DNA of 64,000 nucleotides, from positions 1,312,001 through 1,376,000 of the forward strand of contig CAWEEQ010000004.1 of NCBI GenBank assembly GCA_963808235.1, written 5' to 3'. Each line of letters starts with the position of its first letter. The stretch's first letter is position 1. Position numbers and translations under genes: made by a program. The notes below the pieces were generated by a model. That model saw only the letters and a list, made by a program, of their open reading frames with translations, was not told the origin of the DNA and made no database searches. Shown here piece by piece: positions 50,943-61,820 of this stretch. This DNA comes from an uncultured delta proteobacterium (GTDB taxonomy: Bacteria; Desulfobacterota; Binatia; Binatales; Binataceae).

Positions 50943-52885
50943 TGCGCTGCTTCCGTTTCCTTGAGCGGTTCGACGATCGAATAAATCATCACCCGGTCGT
51001 GCGACATCGTTTTGCTATCGGCATCAGAGGGCGCGAGCCGGACCTGCACGCGCTCGGTGCGCGAGGTCGGGATATTCTTGCCAACGAAATTCGGCCGAAT
51101 CGGCACCGCGCGATGCCCGCGGTCGATCAATACGGCAAGCTTGACTGCCGCGGGACGTCCGCGCTGCCAAATCGTCGCCATCGCTCGCTGCACGGTCCAT
51201 CCGCTGTTAATCACGTCATCAACGAGGATTATGGTTCGATCTTCGACATCGAAATTGTCGGTGCCGTCGATCGGATGCACGGCTTCCAAGGGACTGTACA
51301 CGTCGAGGGCCGCGCAAGGCGGACGAATCCTGGTCTTGCGTTCGACGAGGTCGCGGAGCCTCAGCGCGAGGATCGCGCCACGGCTGATTACGCCGACGAT
51401 CGACACGCCGGTCATATCTGGCATCTCGGCGATCAGCTGATCGGCAATGGATTCGATTGCATGCGCGACCTCGTCGGACCGCATGATTTCGCGCTGCGGG
51501 CCGCGCTTGTAGGGCTCGTAGCCGCCTTCTTCGGCCTGCTTGACGCTCTCGAAAACCGCTAGCGAGCCTTCTTCGATCCATTGGCGGACGTAGCCTTGCA
51601 GGTTTTCGTCGAAGCGGTAGAAGCGATGAGAGCGCGCGTGGCCGACGTATTCGATCTTCAGTTCACGTTCACAGAAGTCGCACTTCAGCGCGAGTATGGT
51701 GGCGTCCGCGCTTCGCGCGAACCGGAAACGCGGGCGCAAGTACGCGCCTTCGAACCTGGTGACGCAGTTGGGATTTGCGCATCGCGGCGGCGCCCCGCTC
51801 TTGAAACGAATCGGCTCCGCCGTCGGCCGGCGCTGAATCCCTGCGCCAGCGCTCTTTTCGATAAGCCATGCGATCAGTGCCATGCGGACCGGGACCCCCG
51901 CGGCGGCTTGCTCGAAGTACACCGCGCGCGGATCGCTATCGAGTTCGTACGCGAGCTCGCCCGTGCGCGGCAGCGGATGCATCACGACCGCTTCCTGGGT
52001 GCGGCTGGTCTTGAGCGCGCGCGCGTCGAAGCGCACGTACTCGCCGCCATTCGCGTCCTTGCCGGTCATTCGCTCTTTCTGCAGACGCGTGACGTAAAAT
52101 GCGTCGAGCGCGGCCGGCGGTTCGACCGACGCAATGTTCCGCGTCGCGTCGCCACCGGTGAACAGCGCCATCTGATGCGGCGCGCTGGGCGTCAGGTAAA
52201 GCGCATCGAGTCCGCCCGCGAGCGTCTTGAGCTCGTCCATCGTCACCGTCGAGAAGTTGTAGTTGCGCTCCGCGGCGAGCCGCTCCAGCACGTAGTCGGG
52301 CACATCCATTCCCGCGGTCGGCACCGCGACGATATTCGCGCCGAATCGCGCCAGCGCATAAATCAGCGAATGAACCGTGCGGCCGAACTTCAAGTCCCCG
52401 CACAGCGCGACAGTCAGTCCCTTCAGATGCCCTTTCTTCCTGCGCAGGATGTACAGGTCGCAGAGCGTTTGCGTCGGATGCTCGCGGCTGCCGTCGCCGG
52501 CGTTCAGCACCGGGCACGCCGCGTAGTCCGCCGCAACTCGCGCACTGCCGTCGTGAGGATGGCGCAACACGATCAGGTCCGCATACCCGCTGACAACGCG
52601 GACCGTGTCGGCGAGGCTCTCGCCCTTGGCGGCCGAACTTGCGTGCATATCCGCCGAACTGATCACGGCGCCACCGAGGCGATGCATCGCGGATTCGAAA
52701 CTGAGGCGGGTCCGCGTCGAGGGCTCGTAAAATAGCGTCGCCATGATTAGTCCGCTGGCGGTCGTGATCTGTCCGCCACTGTCGAGCGATTCCGCAAAGC
52801 CGTCGGCGAGCGCGAACACGTGCTCGATCTCCGAGGTGTCCAGATCGTCGATCGAAACGACGTCGAATTTTTTAAGCCGTGACAT
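50939..52885 (-). CDS. pyrB: Aspartate carbamoyltransferase fused to a PyrI Zn domain, an Ada-like module and a PyrR-like PRTase domain
   Basis: STRTR, HPTQ, TRLQKER, HPLPR (aa 1-342). CANPNC..KCDFC (aa 369-405). LVDDVINSGWT, LIDRGHRAVPIRPNFVGKN (aa 465-640). Confidence 0.93.
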   Translation of the reverse strand: MSRLKKFDVVSIDDLDTSEIEHVFALADGFAESLDSGGQITTASGLIMATLFYEPSTRTRLSFESAMHRLGGAVISSADMHASSAAKGESLADTVRVVSGYADLIVLRHPHDGSARVAADYAACPVLNAGDGSREHPTQTLCDLYILRRKKGHLKGLTVALCGDLKFGRTVHSLIYALARFGANIVAVPTAGMDVPDYVLERLAAERNYNFSTVTMDELKTLAGGLDALYLTPSAPHQMALFTGGDATRNIASVEPPAALDAFYVTRLQKERMTGKDANGGEYVRFDARALKTSRTQEAVVMHPLPRTGELAYELDSDPRAVYFEQAAAGVPVRMALIAWLIEKSAGAGIQRRPTAEPIRFKSGAPPRCANPNCVTRFEGAYLRPRFRFARSADATILALKCDFCERELKIEYVGHARSHRFYRFDENLQGYVRQWIEEGSLAVFESVKQAEEGGYEPYKRGPQREIMRSDEVAHAIESIADQLIAEMPDMTGVSIVGVISRGAILALRLRDLVERKTRIRPPCAALDVYSPLEAVHPIDGTDNFDVEDRTIILVDDVINSGWTVQRAMATIWQRGRPAAVKLAVLIDRGHRAVPIRPNFVGKNIPTSRTERVQVRLAPSDADSKTMSHDRVMIYSIVEPLKETEAAQ

Positions 52886-52925
52886 CAGGAATTTCGCCGC
52901 GTCGCGATCGCGAGCACGCGACGCT

Positions 52926-53468
52926 TCACTTTTCCTCTCCGATTACGACTGCGTCCGCGCCGTCAATCTCAACCAGGCGCACGTAGACGCGTTGCCCATC
53001 CGGCGCCTGAATATTTTTGCCCACGTAGTCGGCGCGAATCGGAAGCTCGCGCTCGCCGCGATCCACCAGCACCGCCAGCTGAACGGACTCCGCCCTGCCC
53101 AGGTCGGAGATCGCATCAAGCGCGGCGCGCACCGTCCGGCCGGTGTAAAGGACGTCGTCCACCAGCACGACTCGTTTGCCGTCGAGCGAAAACGGGATAT
53201 CGCGACCGATCAACCTCGGGTCGCCTGGCATTCCCTTTCCGTCGTCGCGGTATGACGAGATATCAAGCGTGCCGACCGGTACCGGCCGCTTGCCATTGGA
53301 ACGAAGCTCGGCGGCGATCCGCTCCGCCAGCTTCGCGCCGCGACGCACGATGCCGACCAGCACGACGTTGTCGGCGCCCCCGTTGCGCTCGGCGATCTCC
53401 ATTGCGATTCGCTTGATCGATCGTCCGAGCTGAGCCGAGTCCAGCGCAACGCTTCGCTGCGCGCTCAT
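52926..53468 (-). CDS. pyrR: Pyrimidine operon regulator / uracil PRTase
   Basis: KRIAMEI, TLDISSYRDD, LVDDVLYTGRT, DRGERELPIRADYVGKN. Confidence 0.95.
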   Translation of the reverse strand: MSAQRSVALDSAQLGRSIKRIAMEIAERNGGADNVVLVGIVRRGAKLAERIAAELRSNGKRPVPVGTLDISSYRDDGKGMPGDPRLIGRDIPFSLDGKRVVLVDDVLYTGRTVRAALDAISDLGRAESVQLAVLVDRGERELPIRADYVGKNIQAPDGQRVYVRLVEIDGADAVVIGEEK

Positions 53469-53478
53469 CGCGACACCC

Positions 53479-53568
53479 AAAAAAAATCCCGGCTGCGAAT
53501 ACAGCCGGGTCGAAGACTACATAGTTTCATTGTCGTCCCTTTCCGCTATCTCAGTAGCGGGTTAAAGG
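53479..53568 (-). promoter_or_regulatory. PyrR-binding attenuator leader (binding stem-loop plus terminator)
   Basis: Minus strand: CCUUUAAC-CCGCUA-CUGAGA-UAGCGG-AAAGG (53568-53538), then CCCGGCUG-UAUUCG-CAGCCGGG-A-U8 immediately before pyrR. Confidence 0.8.
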
Positions 53569-53615
53569 TGATCAATATGTACGATCGGATCGCTCGGCGG
53601 TCAAGGCTCCGACGG

Positions 53616-54149
53616 CTACGCGCCGCGCTTGCGCTCGATTTTTCTTAGCCGCTGATCCTGATCGCGGGTCTGAACCGTGATCCGATCGTCGAAACGATCG
53701 AACTTGCGCGCCAGGTTGGCCAGCGCTTTGTTGGTCTCCTTGAGCTCCGCGCCGAGTCTCTTCGCTGCCATCTCGGCCGAGGTAGCGATTTCGCGCTTGA
53801 GAGTCTTTGTCGTCTCGCCGCCAGTAGCCACCGCCTGCTGGCTGGTGGACTCGACAGCGCGTGCGGCTTCCTCGCGAAACTCGACGCGCGCCTTGCCCAG
53901 CGTCTCGCCCAGGCGAATCATCTCCGCGCCAAGGTCGTCGCGAGTCACCGCAATAGCCCTGCGATTTTCCGCGATTTGCTCTGACAGAAATCGAATCTGC
54001 CCGCCGACCTCTGCGAACTGACCAAAGATCTCGTCGCGCAGCGTATCCAGTCGTCCGCCGAAGCCGGATACCGCTTCGACCACCAGATCGAAGCGCGCGC
54101 CCAGTTCCTCGAGCATCGCGCCAAGCCTGTTCACCGCTTCGTCCGCCAC
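53616..54149 (-). CDS. Coiled-coil hypothetical protein
   Basis: Heptad-rich helical sequence; GGGGAG RBS before GTG. Confidence 0.7.
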   Translation of the reverse strand: MADEAVNRLGAMLEELGARFDLVVEAVSGFGGRLDTLRDEIFGQFAEVGGQIRFLSEQIAENRRAIAVTRDDLGAEMIRLGETLGKARVEFREEAARAVESTSQQAVATGGETTKTLKREIATSAEMAAKRLGAELKETNKALANLARKFDRFDDRITVQTRDQDQRLRKIERKRGA

Positions 54150-54168
54150 CTGGATCTCCCCCTTAAGG

Positions 54169-54921
54169 CTAGTGCACGAGCATTCCGACGCGATCCCATC
54201 TGATGTACTCGAACCATAGCAGCAACGGAGTCACCCAGGATGCGCCGTCGGCTTTCTCTTCATTCCACGGAAGGTAAATCACCGCCGCCCGGCCTTCGAC
54301 ATCGTTATGATCGACGAAGCCCCAGAAGCGGCTGTCGTAACTGCGATCGCGATTGTCGCCCATCATGAACAGCTTGCCTGCAGGCACCGTAACCGGACCG
54401 AAGTTATCGCGCGGCGAGACTGGCGACCGGTCCTGCGGCGCGGCCTCCATATGCGCGTGCGGGTCGTCCATCTTCTTGCCGTTCAGCCAGACCGTGCCGT
54501 CCTTCACTTGAATCGTGTCGCCAGCCACGCCGATTACGCGCTTGATAAAATCCTTGGTTCGATCGGGCGGGAAGACGAATACGACAACGTCGCCGCGATG
54601 CACTGGTTCGACGTTGAACAGATACCGCCCATAAGGGAGTCCCGGAATCTCGAGCCCGAAAATCGAGTCGGGCATCCTGAGCCCGTAGATGATCTTGTTG
54701 ACCAGGATGTGATCCCCGACCAGCAGCGTCGGCTCCATCGAGCCCGAGGGAATTTTGTACGCCTGGATGAAAAACGTGCGGATAAAAATCGCGAGCACGA
54801 GCGCGATCAGCATCGCCTCGGCATATTCGCGGGTTACCGACTTCTGACCTTCGGCGCTCGCCGAGCTCTCGCGCACCGGTTGCGCCGCCGCCTTTGATAT
54901 GTTTCGCGCTGGTTCGGCCAC
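54169..54921 (-). CDS. lepB: Signal peptidase I
   Basis: IPSGSMEPTL, FIKRVIG, GDNRDRSYDSRFWG. Confidence 0.96.
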   Translation of the reverse strand: MAEPARNISKAAAQPVRESSASAEGQKSVTREYAEAMLIALVLAIFIRTFFIQAYKIPSGSMEPTLLVGDHILVNKIIYGLRMPDSIFGLEIPGLPYGRYLFNVEPVHRGDVVVFVFPPDRTKDFIKRVIGVAGDTIQVKDGTVWLNGKKMDDPHAHMEAAPQDRSPVSPRDNFGPVTVPAGKLFMMGDNRDRSYDSRFWGFVDHNDVEGRAAVIYLPWNEEKADGASWVTPLLLWFEYIRWDRVGMLVH

Positions 54922-54927
54922 TGCCGG

Positions 54928-56730
<1,803 letters not shown>

Positions 56731-56731
<1 letters not shown>

Positions 56732-56783
56732 TTCAACTCGGCGGTTCCGTCTTTCAACTCGGCAGTTCCGTCTTTGAACTCGG
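56731..56783. repeat. 21-bp tandem repeat (about 2.5 copies) at the epimerase/lepA junction
   Basis: TTTCAACTCGGCGGTTCCGTC / TTTCAACTCGGCAGTTCCGTC / TTTGAACTCGG. Confidence 0.85.
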
Positions 56784-57716
56784 TTGGCCCCGTTGCTGCT
56801 TGAAAAACTTGAACGTCTCTTCGAGTCCCTCTTCGAGTTTCTTCTCCGGACGCCATCCGAGCACCTCGGCCGCACGTGCCGGCGAAATTACCGATCGCAT
56901 CTGTTCGCCCGGCTTCGCCGGCCCATACTCCGGATGAGTTGGGAAATCGGCGATCGCCGCGAGCGTGGAAAACAAATCGTTCACGTTGGTCTCGATTCCG
57001 GTGCCGACGTTGAGCGCTAGTCCCGACGCCTTCGACTTGAGCGCCGCAACGATCGCCGCGACCACGTCGCCAACGTAGACATAGTCGCGCGTCTGCTCGC
57101 CCGTGCCGTAGATCGTTACCGGCTTTCCATCCAAAATTCGTCCGCAGAAAATCGCCACCACACCGGCCTCGCCATGCGGATCCTGCCGCGGGCCGTAGAC
57201 ATTTCCGAAACGCAGCGACAGGTAATCGATCCCGTACTGGGCCTTGTAGAAAAACAGGTACGCTTCGGTCGCAAGCTTGGCGACTCCGTAGGGACTGACC
57301 GGGCGCGTCGGATCGTCTTCTTTGCAGGGAAGATTTTCCTGCTCGCCGTAAATAGCTCCTCCGCTCGATGAAAAAATCACCCGCCTGAGCCCATGGGCGC
57401 GCGCGCTTTCCATCAGGTTGAGAAATCCAATCACGTTTACCTGTGCGTCGAAGGCGGGATCCGCGACCGAGCGCCGCACGTCCATCTGCGCCGCAAGATG
57501 AACGATGATCTCCGGCTTCACCTTCGCAACCGCCGACGCAACTGCCGAGGCTGCGCGCAGATCGATCGGATAGGCCGTCGCCTTGGGATTGACCCGGTAG
57601 CGCTTGCCGGTCGAAAAATCGTCGAACAGGAAGACCTCGTCCGCTTTGGTCGCGACCAGCGCATCGATCAGGTGCGAGCCGATAAAGCCGGCCCCGCCGG
57701 TAACTAGAATTCTCAT
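56754..57716 (-). CDS. NAD-dependent epimerase/dehydratase (UDP-glucose 4-epimerase-like)
   Basis: [25 protein letters not shown]. Confidence 0.92.
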   Translation of the reverse strand: MRILVTGGAGFIGSHLIDALVATKADEVFLFDDFSTGKRYRVNPKATAYPIDLRAASAVASAVAKVKPEIIVHLAAQMDVRRSVADPAFDAQVNVIGFLNLMESARAHGLRRVIFSSSGGAIYGEQENLPCKEDDPTRPVSPYGVAKLATEAYLFFYKAQYGIDYLSLRFGNVYGPRQDPHGEAGVVAIFCGRILDGKPVTIYGTGEQTRDYVYVGDVVAAIVAALKSKASGLALNVGTGIETNVNDLFSTLAAIADFPTHPEYGPAKPGEQMRSVISPARAAEVLGWRPEKKLEEGLEETFKFFKQQRGQPSSKTELPS

Positions 57717-57729
57717 TGAGGTTCCCTTC

Positions 57730-59037
57730 CTATACCGGGTGCCGTCCGATCGAATAATAACGGAGGTCGAGCGCTTTCATCAGGTCTGGATCATACAGGT
57801 TCCGGCCGTCGAATATCACCGGCTCCTTCAGCTCCGCTTTTATCCGCTGGAAGTTCGGATGCCGGAACTCGTTCCATTCCGTCAGGATCAGCAGCGCGTC
57901 GGCGCCTTTGAGCGCTTCGTAGTTGGTTTTGTGATAGGTGACGCGGGTGCCGAAAAAAGCGCGCGCGTTGTCGAGCGCTTCCGGATCGTGCACCTGGCAC
58001 TTCGCGCCGGCCTGCAGGAGCTCTTCGATCACCACCAGCGACGGCGCCTCGCGCATGTCGTCGGTGCGCGGCTTGAACGCAAGCCCCCAAATCGCAAACG
58101 TGCGTCCGCTCAGGTTCTGTCCGAAATGCTGCTTCACGCGCGCGGGAATCAGCCGTTTCTGGCGCGCGTTGATCGCCTCCGCCGCGCGCAAAAGCGCAAA
58201 ATCAAGATTGTGTTCCGAACCGCTATGAATCAGCGCCTGCACGTCTTTCGGAAAACATGAACCGCCGTAGCCTACGCCCGGAAACAGAAACGACGAGCCG
58301 ATGCGCTTGTCGGTGCCGAGCCCGCGCCGCACCGAATTGATATCCGCGCCCACCGCTTCGCATAGATTCGCCATCTCGTTGATGAACGAGATCCGCATCG
58401 CGAGCATCGCGTTCGATGCGTACTTGGTCAGTTCCGCGGAGCTGGGATCCATCACCAGGATCGGATTGTCGGTGCGCACAAACGGATTGTGGATTTCCTT
58501 CATAATCGCGGTTGCCTGGTCGCTCCGGCTGCCGATTACCACGCGGTCCGGGCGCATGAAATCCTCGATCGCCGACCCTTCCTTGAGGAACTCCGGTACC
58601 GAGCATACGTCAGTGCGATGCTTGGCGAAGCGGCCCACGACCTCGCGAACGCGATCGTTGGTGCCAACCGGCACCGTGCTCTTGATCGCGACGATATGAT
58701 ATCCGGTGGTCGACTTCGCGATATCCTCGGCGGCCTTGAAGATCGCGCTCAGATCCGCCGCTCCCGACGCGGTCATCGGAGTGCCGACCGCGATGTAAGA
58801 AACCATCGATTGACCGACCGCTTCCGCGATGTCGGTGGTGAAGTGAAGCCGGCCTTCCTTCAGATTGCGCCGCACCAGCTCTTCGAGGCCCGGCTCGTAA
58901 ATTGGAATCTTGCCCTCGAGCAACTGCGCGATTCGCTTCGCATCGATATCGACGCAGAACACCTCGTTACCGCTCTCGGCGTAGCAAGTGCCGCTGACGA
59001 GCCCAACGTATCCGCTGCCTACTATTGCGATATTCAT
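57730..59037 (-). CDS. ugd: UDP-glucose 6-dehydrogenase
   Basis: GSGYVG, KSTVPVG, PEFLKEG, GYGGSCFPKD. Confidence 0.95.
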   Translation of the reverse strand: MNIAIVGSGYVGLVSGTCYAESGNEVFCVDIDAKRIAQLLEGKIPIYEPGLEELVRRNLKEGRLHFTTDIAEAVGQSMVSYIAVGTPMTASGAADLSAIFKAAEDIAKSTTGYHIVAIKSTVPVGTNDRVREVVGRFAKHRTDVCSVPEFLKEGSAIEDFMRPDRVVIGSRSDQATAIMKEIHNPFVRTDNPILVMDPSSAELTKYASNAMLAMRISFINEMANLCEAVGADINSVRRGLGTDKRIGSSFLFPGVGYGGSCFPKDVQALIHSGSEHNLDFALLRAAEAINARQKRLIPARVKQHFGQNLSGRTFAIWGLAFKPRTDDMREAPSLVVIEELLQAGAKCQVHDPEALDNARAFFGTRVTYHKTNYEALKGADALLILTEWNEFRHPNFQRIKAELKEPVIFDGRNLYDPDLMKALDLRYYSIGRHPV

Positions 59038-59053
59038 CGACCAGGCCCCCGAG

Positions 59054-59992
59054 CTAGAGCTCTTCCTTGATAACGTAAATCGGTTTTCCCTGGGATTCGT
59101 GATAGGTCCGCGCCAGCATCTCGCCGAGCAGTCCGAAAACCACAAATTGCACTCCGACCACCACCAGCAGAACTGCCAGCAGCAACGCGGGCCGATTCCC
59201 CAGTTCGCGTCCCAGCACGATTTTCTCGAACACCAGGATAAACGTCCATAGACTGCCGAGCCCGCCCAGCACGAATCCGATCAATCCGAAGACTTGTATC
59301 GGCGCGGTCGAATAACGGGAAAGAAACTTGACCGTGATCAGATCGAGCAAGGTGCGGACGATTCGCCACAGGCCATACTTGGAGATTCCCGCCCGCCGCG
59401 GACGAAAGCCCACTTCGACTTCCGCGATTCGTGCGCCCTGCTCCGCCGCAATCGCCGGAACGAAGCGATGCATCTCACCGTAAAGATTGAGGCTCTGCGC
59501 CAACACGCGGCGATACGCCTTGAACGTGCATCCATAGTCGTGAAGCTTAACCCCGGTCATCGTCGAGATAAGCCGGTTCGCCGCAATCGAAGGCATTCGG
59601 CGGCTGAAGCGCTCTTCCTGCCAGCGCTCGGTGCGCCATCCGCTGGCCAGGTCGTAGCCTTCGTCGAGCTTGGCCAGCAGGCGCGGGATATCGGCCGGAT
59701 CATTCTGCCCGTCGGCGTCCATCGCGATCACCACGTCGCCCTTGGCGTTCGCAAATCCGCACGCCAACGCGGCCGTCTGGCCCGAGTTGCGCGCGAGCCG
59801 AATCACGCGGACGTTTGGGTCGCGCGACTTTATCTCGCGCAACACCTCGAAGCTGCCGTCGGTGCTGCCGTCGTCCACGAATAGAAGTTCGTATGCTCGT
59901 CCCGTCGCTTGCATAGTGCTGGTCAACTCCACGTGCAGCGGGGCGACGCTATCCCGCTCGTTGAACAGCGGGATAACTACTGAGTAATCCAT
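59054..59992 (-). CDS. GT2 polyprenol-phosphate glycosyltransferase (ArnC/DPM-like)
   Basis: VDDGSTD, MDADGQN, HRF, two C-terminal TM helices. Confidence 0.92.
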   Translation of the reverse strand: MDYSVVIPLFNERDSVAPLHVELTSTMQATGRAYELLFVDDGSTDGSFEVLREIKSRDPNVRVIRLARNSGQTAALACGFANAKGDVVIAMDADGQNDPADIPRLLAKLDEGYDLASGWRTERWQEERFSRRMPSIAANRLISTMTGVKLHDYGCTFKAYRRVLAQSLNLYGEMHRFVPAIAAEQGARIAEVEVGFRPRRAGISKYGLWRIVRTLLDLITVKFLSRYSTAPIQVFGLIGFVLGGLGSLWTFILVFEKIVLGRELGNRPALLLAVLLVVVGVQFVVFGLLGEMLARTYHESQGKPIYVIKEEL

Positions 59993-60900
59993 CTCGAGTG
60001 ATGCGAGTCGATCAGATCGATGAAGGCGCGGTAGCGAGTGTCGATCTCCTCCCAGGTCAGATCGATCAGTCGCTCCAGCGAAAAACGCTCGACCACGAAC
60101 GACGCCATCACGCTCCCATATACCACCGCGGTGCGCAGCGAGGATTCCGTGATTCGTCCGTGCCGCGCGAGGAAGCCCATCATGCCGCCGGCAAACGTGT
60201 CGCCGGCGCCGGTCGGATCGACCACCTCTTCAAGGGGATACGCGGGCACCGCGAACATCCCCTCCTTGCTGAACTGGAGCACGCCATACTCGCCGCGCTT
60301 GATCAGGACCGTGGCCGGCCCCATTTTCAAAATCGCGCGCCCCGCCTTTACAAGGTTGTGCTCGCCCGTCAGCACCCGGGCCTCGCTGTCGCTGCAAAGC
60401 AGAATATGAATTCGCTTGAGCACCTTGGCCAACCCGGTGCGGGTGTTATCGATCCAATAGTCATATAAGTCGGCGGCTACTACCTTCGGACTAAGCATCT
60501 GGTCCAGTACGTGTTCCTGAAGATCAGGATCGCTTGGCGCCAGGTATAGATAGTCTGCACGGCGCTGGTCAGGCAGCAATTCGGGGGTGAAGCCTTCCAG
60601 CACGTTCAGCGAAAGCTTGACGGTGTCGCGCACGTTGAGGTCTTCGTGATAGCGCCCGTGCCATCGCGTGGTCTGCCCCTCGCGTTTGACTACTCCGCGC
60701 AGATCTATATTCCGGTCGGTGAACAACTTGGAATCTTCGGCCTTATAGTCGGTGCCAACCACCGCCACTATGCTGACCGGAGAAAAAAATCGTGCTGCTA
60801 TCGCGAAATAGCTGGCGCCGCCACCCATCACTTCTTCGACTTTTCCATTGGGCGTCTCGACCGTGTCGTAGGCCAGGAACCCAACCACCACAATACTCAT
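59977..60900 (-). CDS. PfkB family carbohydrate/nucleoside kinase
   Basis: GGGASY, DPTGAGDTFAGG. Confidence 0.92.
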   Translation of the reverse strand: MSIVVVGFLAYDTVETPNGKVEEVMGGGASYFAIAARFFSPVSIVAVVGTDYKAEDSKLFTDRNIDLRGVVKREGQTTRWHGRYHEDLNVRDTVKLSLNVLEGFTPELLPDQRRADYLYLAPSDPDLQEHVLDQMLSPKVVAADLYDYWIDNTRTGLAKVLKRIHILLCSDSEARVLTGEHNLVKAGRAILKMGPATVLIKRGEYGVLQFSKEGMFAVPAYPLEEVVDPTGAGDTFAGGMMGFLARHGRITESSLRTAVVYGSVMASFVVERFSLERLIDLTWEEIDTRYRAFIDLIDSHHSRWITQ

Positions 60901-60925
60901 CTATCGTTCCCCCGGTTCCGCATCA

Positions 60926-61789
60926 CTATAGATATTTGCCCACCAGCGGCCGCAAGTCGTCGATCAAGCGCTGCGCGATCGCTTTGCGATCGGTAATGAT
61001 TGTGCCTTCGAGCGCATGCTCGCATCGGCAGGTGCGCGGCCGATTGCCCAGCGCATGCGCGAGGCGCGCGACGGCGCGCTGCGCCTTGTCTACGTTGAGT
61101 TTCATCACGCGCAGGATCTCGCCGATATCCACCGCCGCAACGGATTGATGCCAACAGTCGTAGTCTGTCACCAGGACCAGCGCCGCGTAACACATCTCGG
61201 CTTCGCGGGCGAGCCGCGCTTCCTGCATCGCGGTCATGCTGATCACGCTGGCGCCGAAGCTTCGGTAGAGATTGGACTCGGCGCGCGTCGAGAATTGCGG
61301 ACCCTCCATGCAGATGTAGATGCCGCCTTCATGAATCACCGCGCCGTCCTCGCGCGATGCTTTCGCCAAGTCGCTCGCGAGGTTTGCGCAAACCGGATCG
61401 GCAAGTGAAACGTGCACCACGATTCCGTCGCCGAAGAAAGTTTCGGGCCGCTTGAAGGTCCGATCGATAAACTGATCCGGAATCACCAGCTCGCCCGGAT
61501 GAATCTCCTCCTTCAAACTGCCGGCGGTGGAAACCGAAACGAGATGAGTCACGCCGAGCTGCTTCATCCCAAAAACATTTGCGCGAAAATTGATCTCGGA
61601 CGGCAGCAACCGATGGCCCCGGCCGTGCCGCGAGAGAAACACCACTTCGAGGTCGCCGATTCGCCCCTGGTAGAAAGGATCGGACGGTCGGCCGAACGGC
61701 GTCTCGAGTTCCATCATCTCGACCTTGTCGAGACCGTTCATCTGGTAGAAGCCGCTGCCTCCAATCACTCCAAGTACGTTTTGTGACAT
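60926..61789 (-). CDS. mtnP: S-methyl-5'-thioadenosine phosphorylase
   Basis: GGSG, RHGRGH, EGPQFSTRAES, VTDYDCW. Confidence 0.94.
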   Translation of the reverse strand: MSQNVLGVIGGSGFYQMNGLDKVEMMELETPFGRPSDPFYQGRIGDLEVVFLSRHGRGHRLLPSEINFRANVFGMKQLGVTHLVSVSTAGSLKEEIHPGELVIPDQFIDRTFKRPETFFGDGIVVHVSLADPVCANLASDLAKASREDGAVIHEGGIYICMEGPQFSTRAESNLYRSFGASVISMTAMQEARLAREAEMCYAALVLVTDYDCWHQSVAAVDIGEILRVMKLNVDKAQRAVARLAHALGNRPRTCRCEHALEGTIITDRKAIAQRLIDDLRPLVGKYL

Positions 61790-61820
61790 TTGCTTTTAAG
61801 GTCTGAGCCGCGAATCGATG

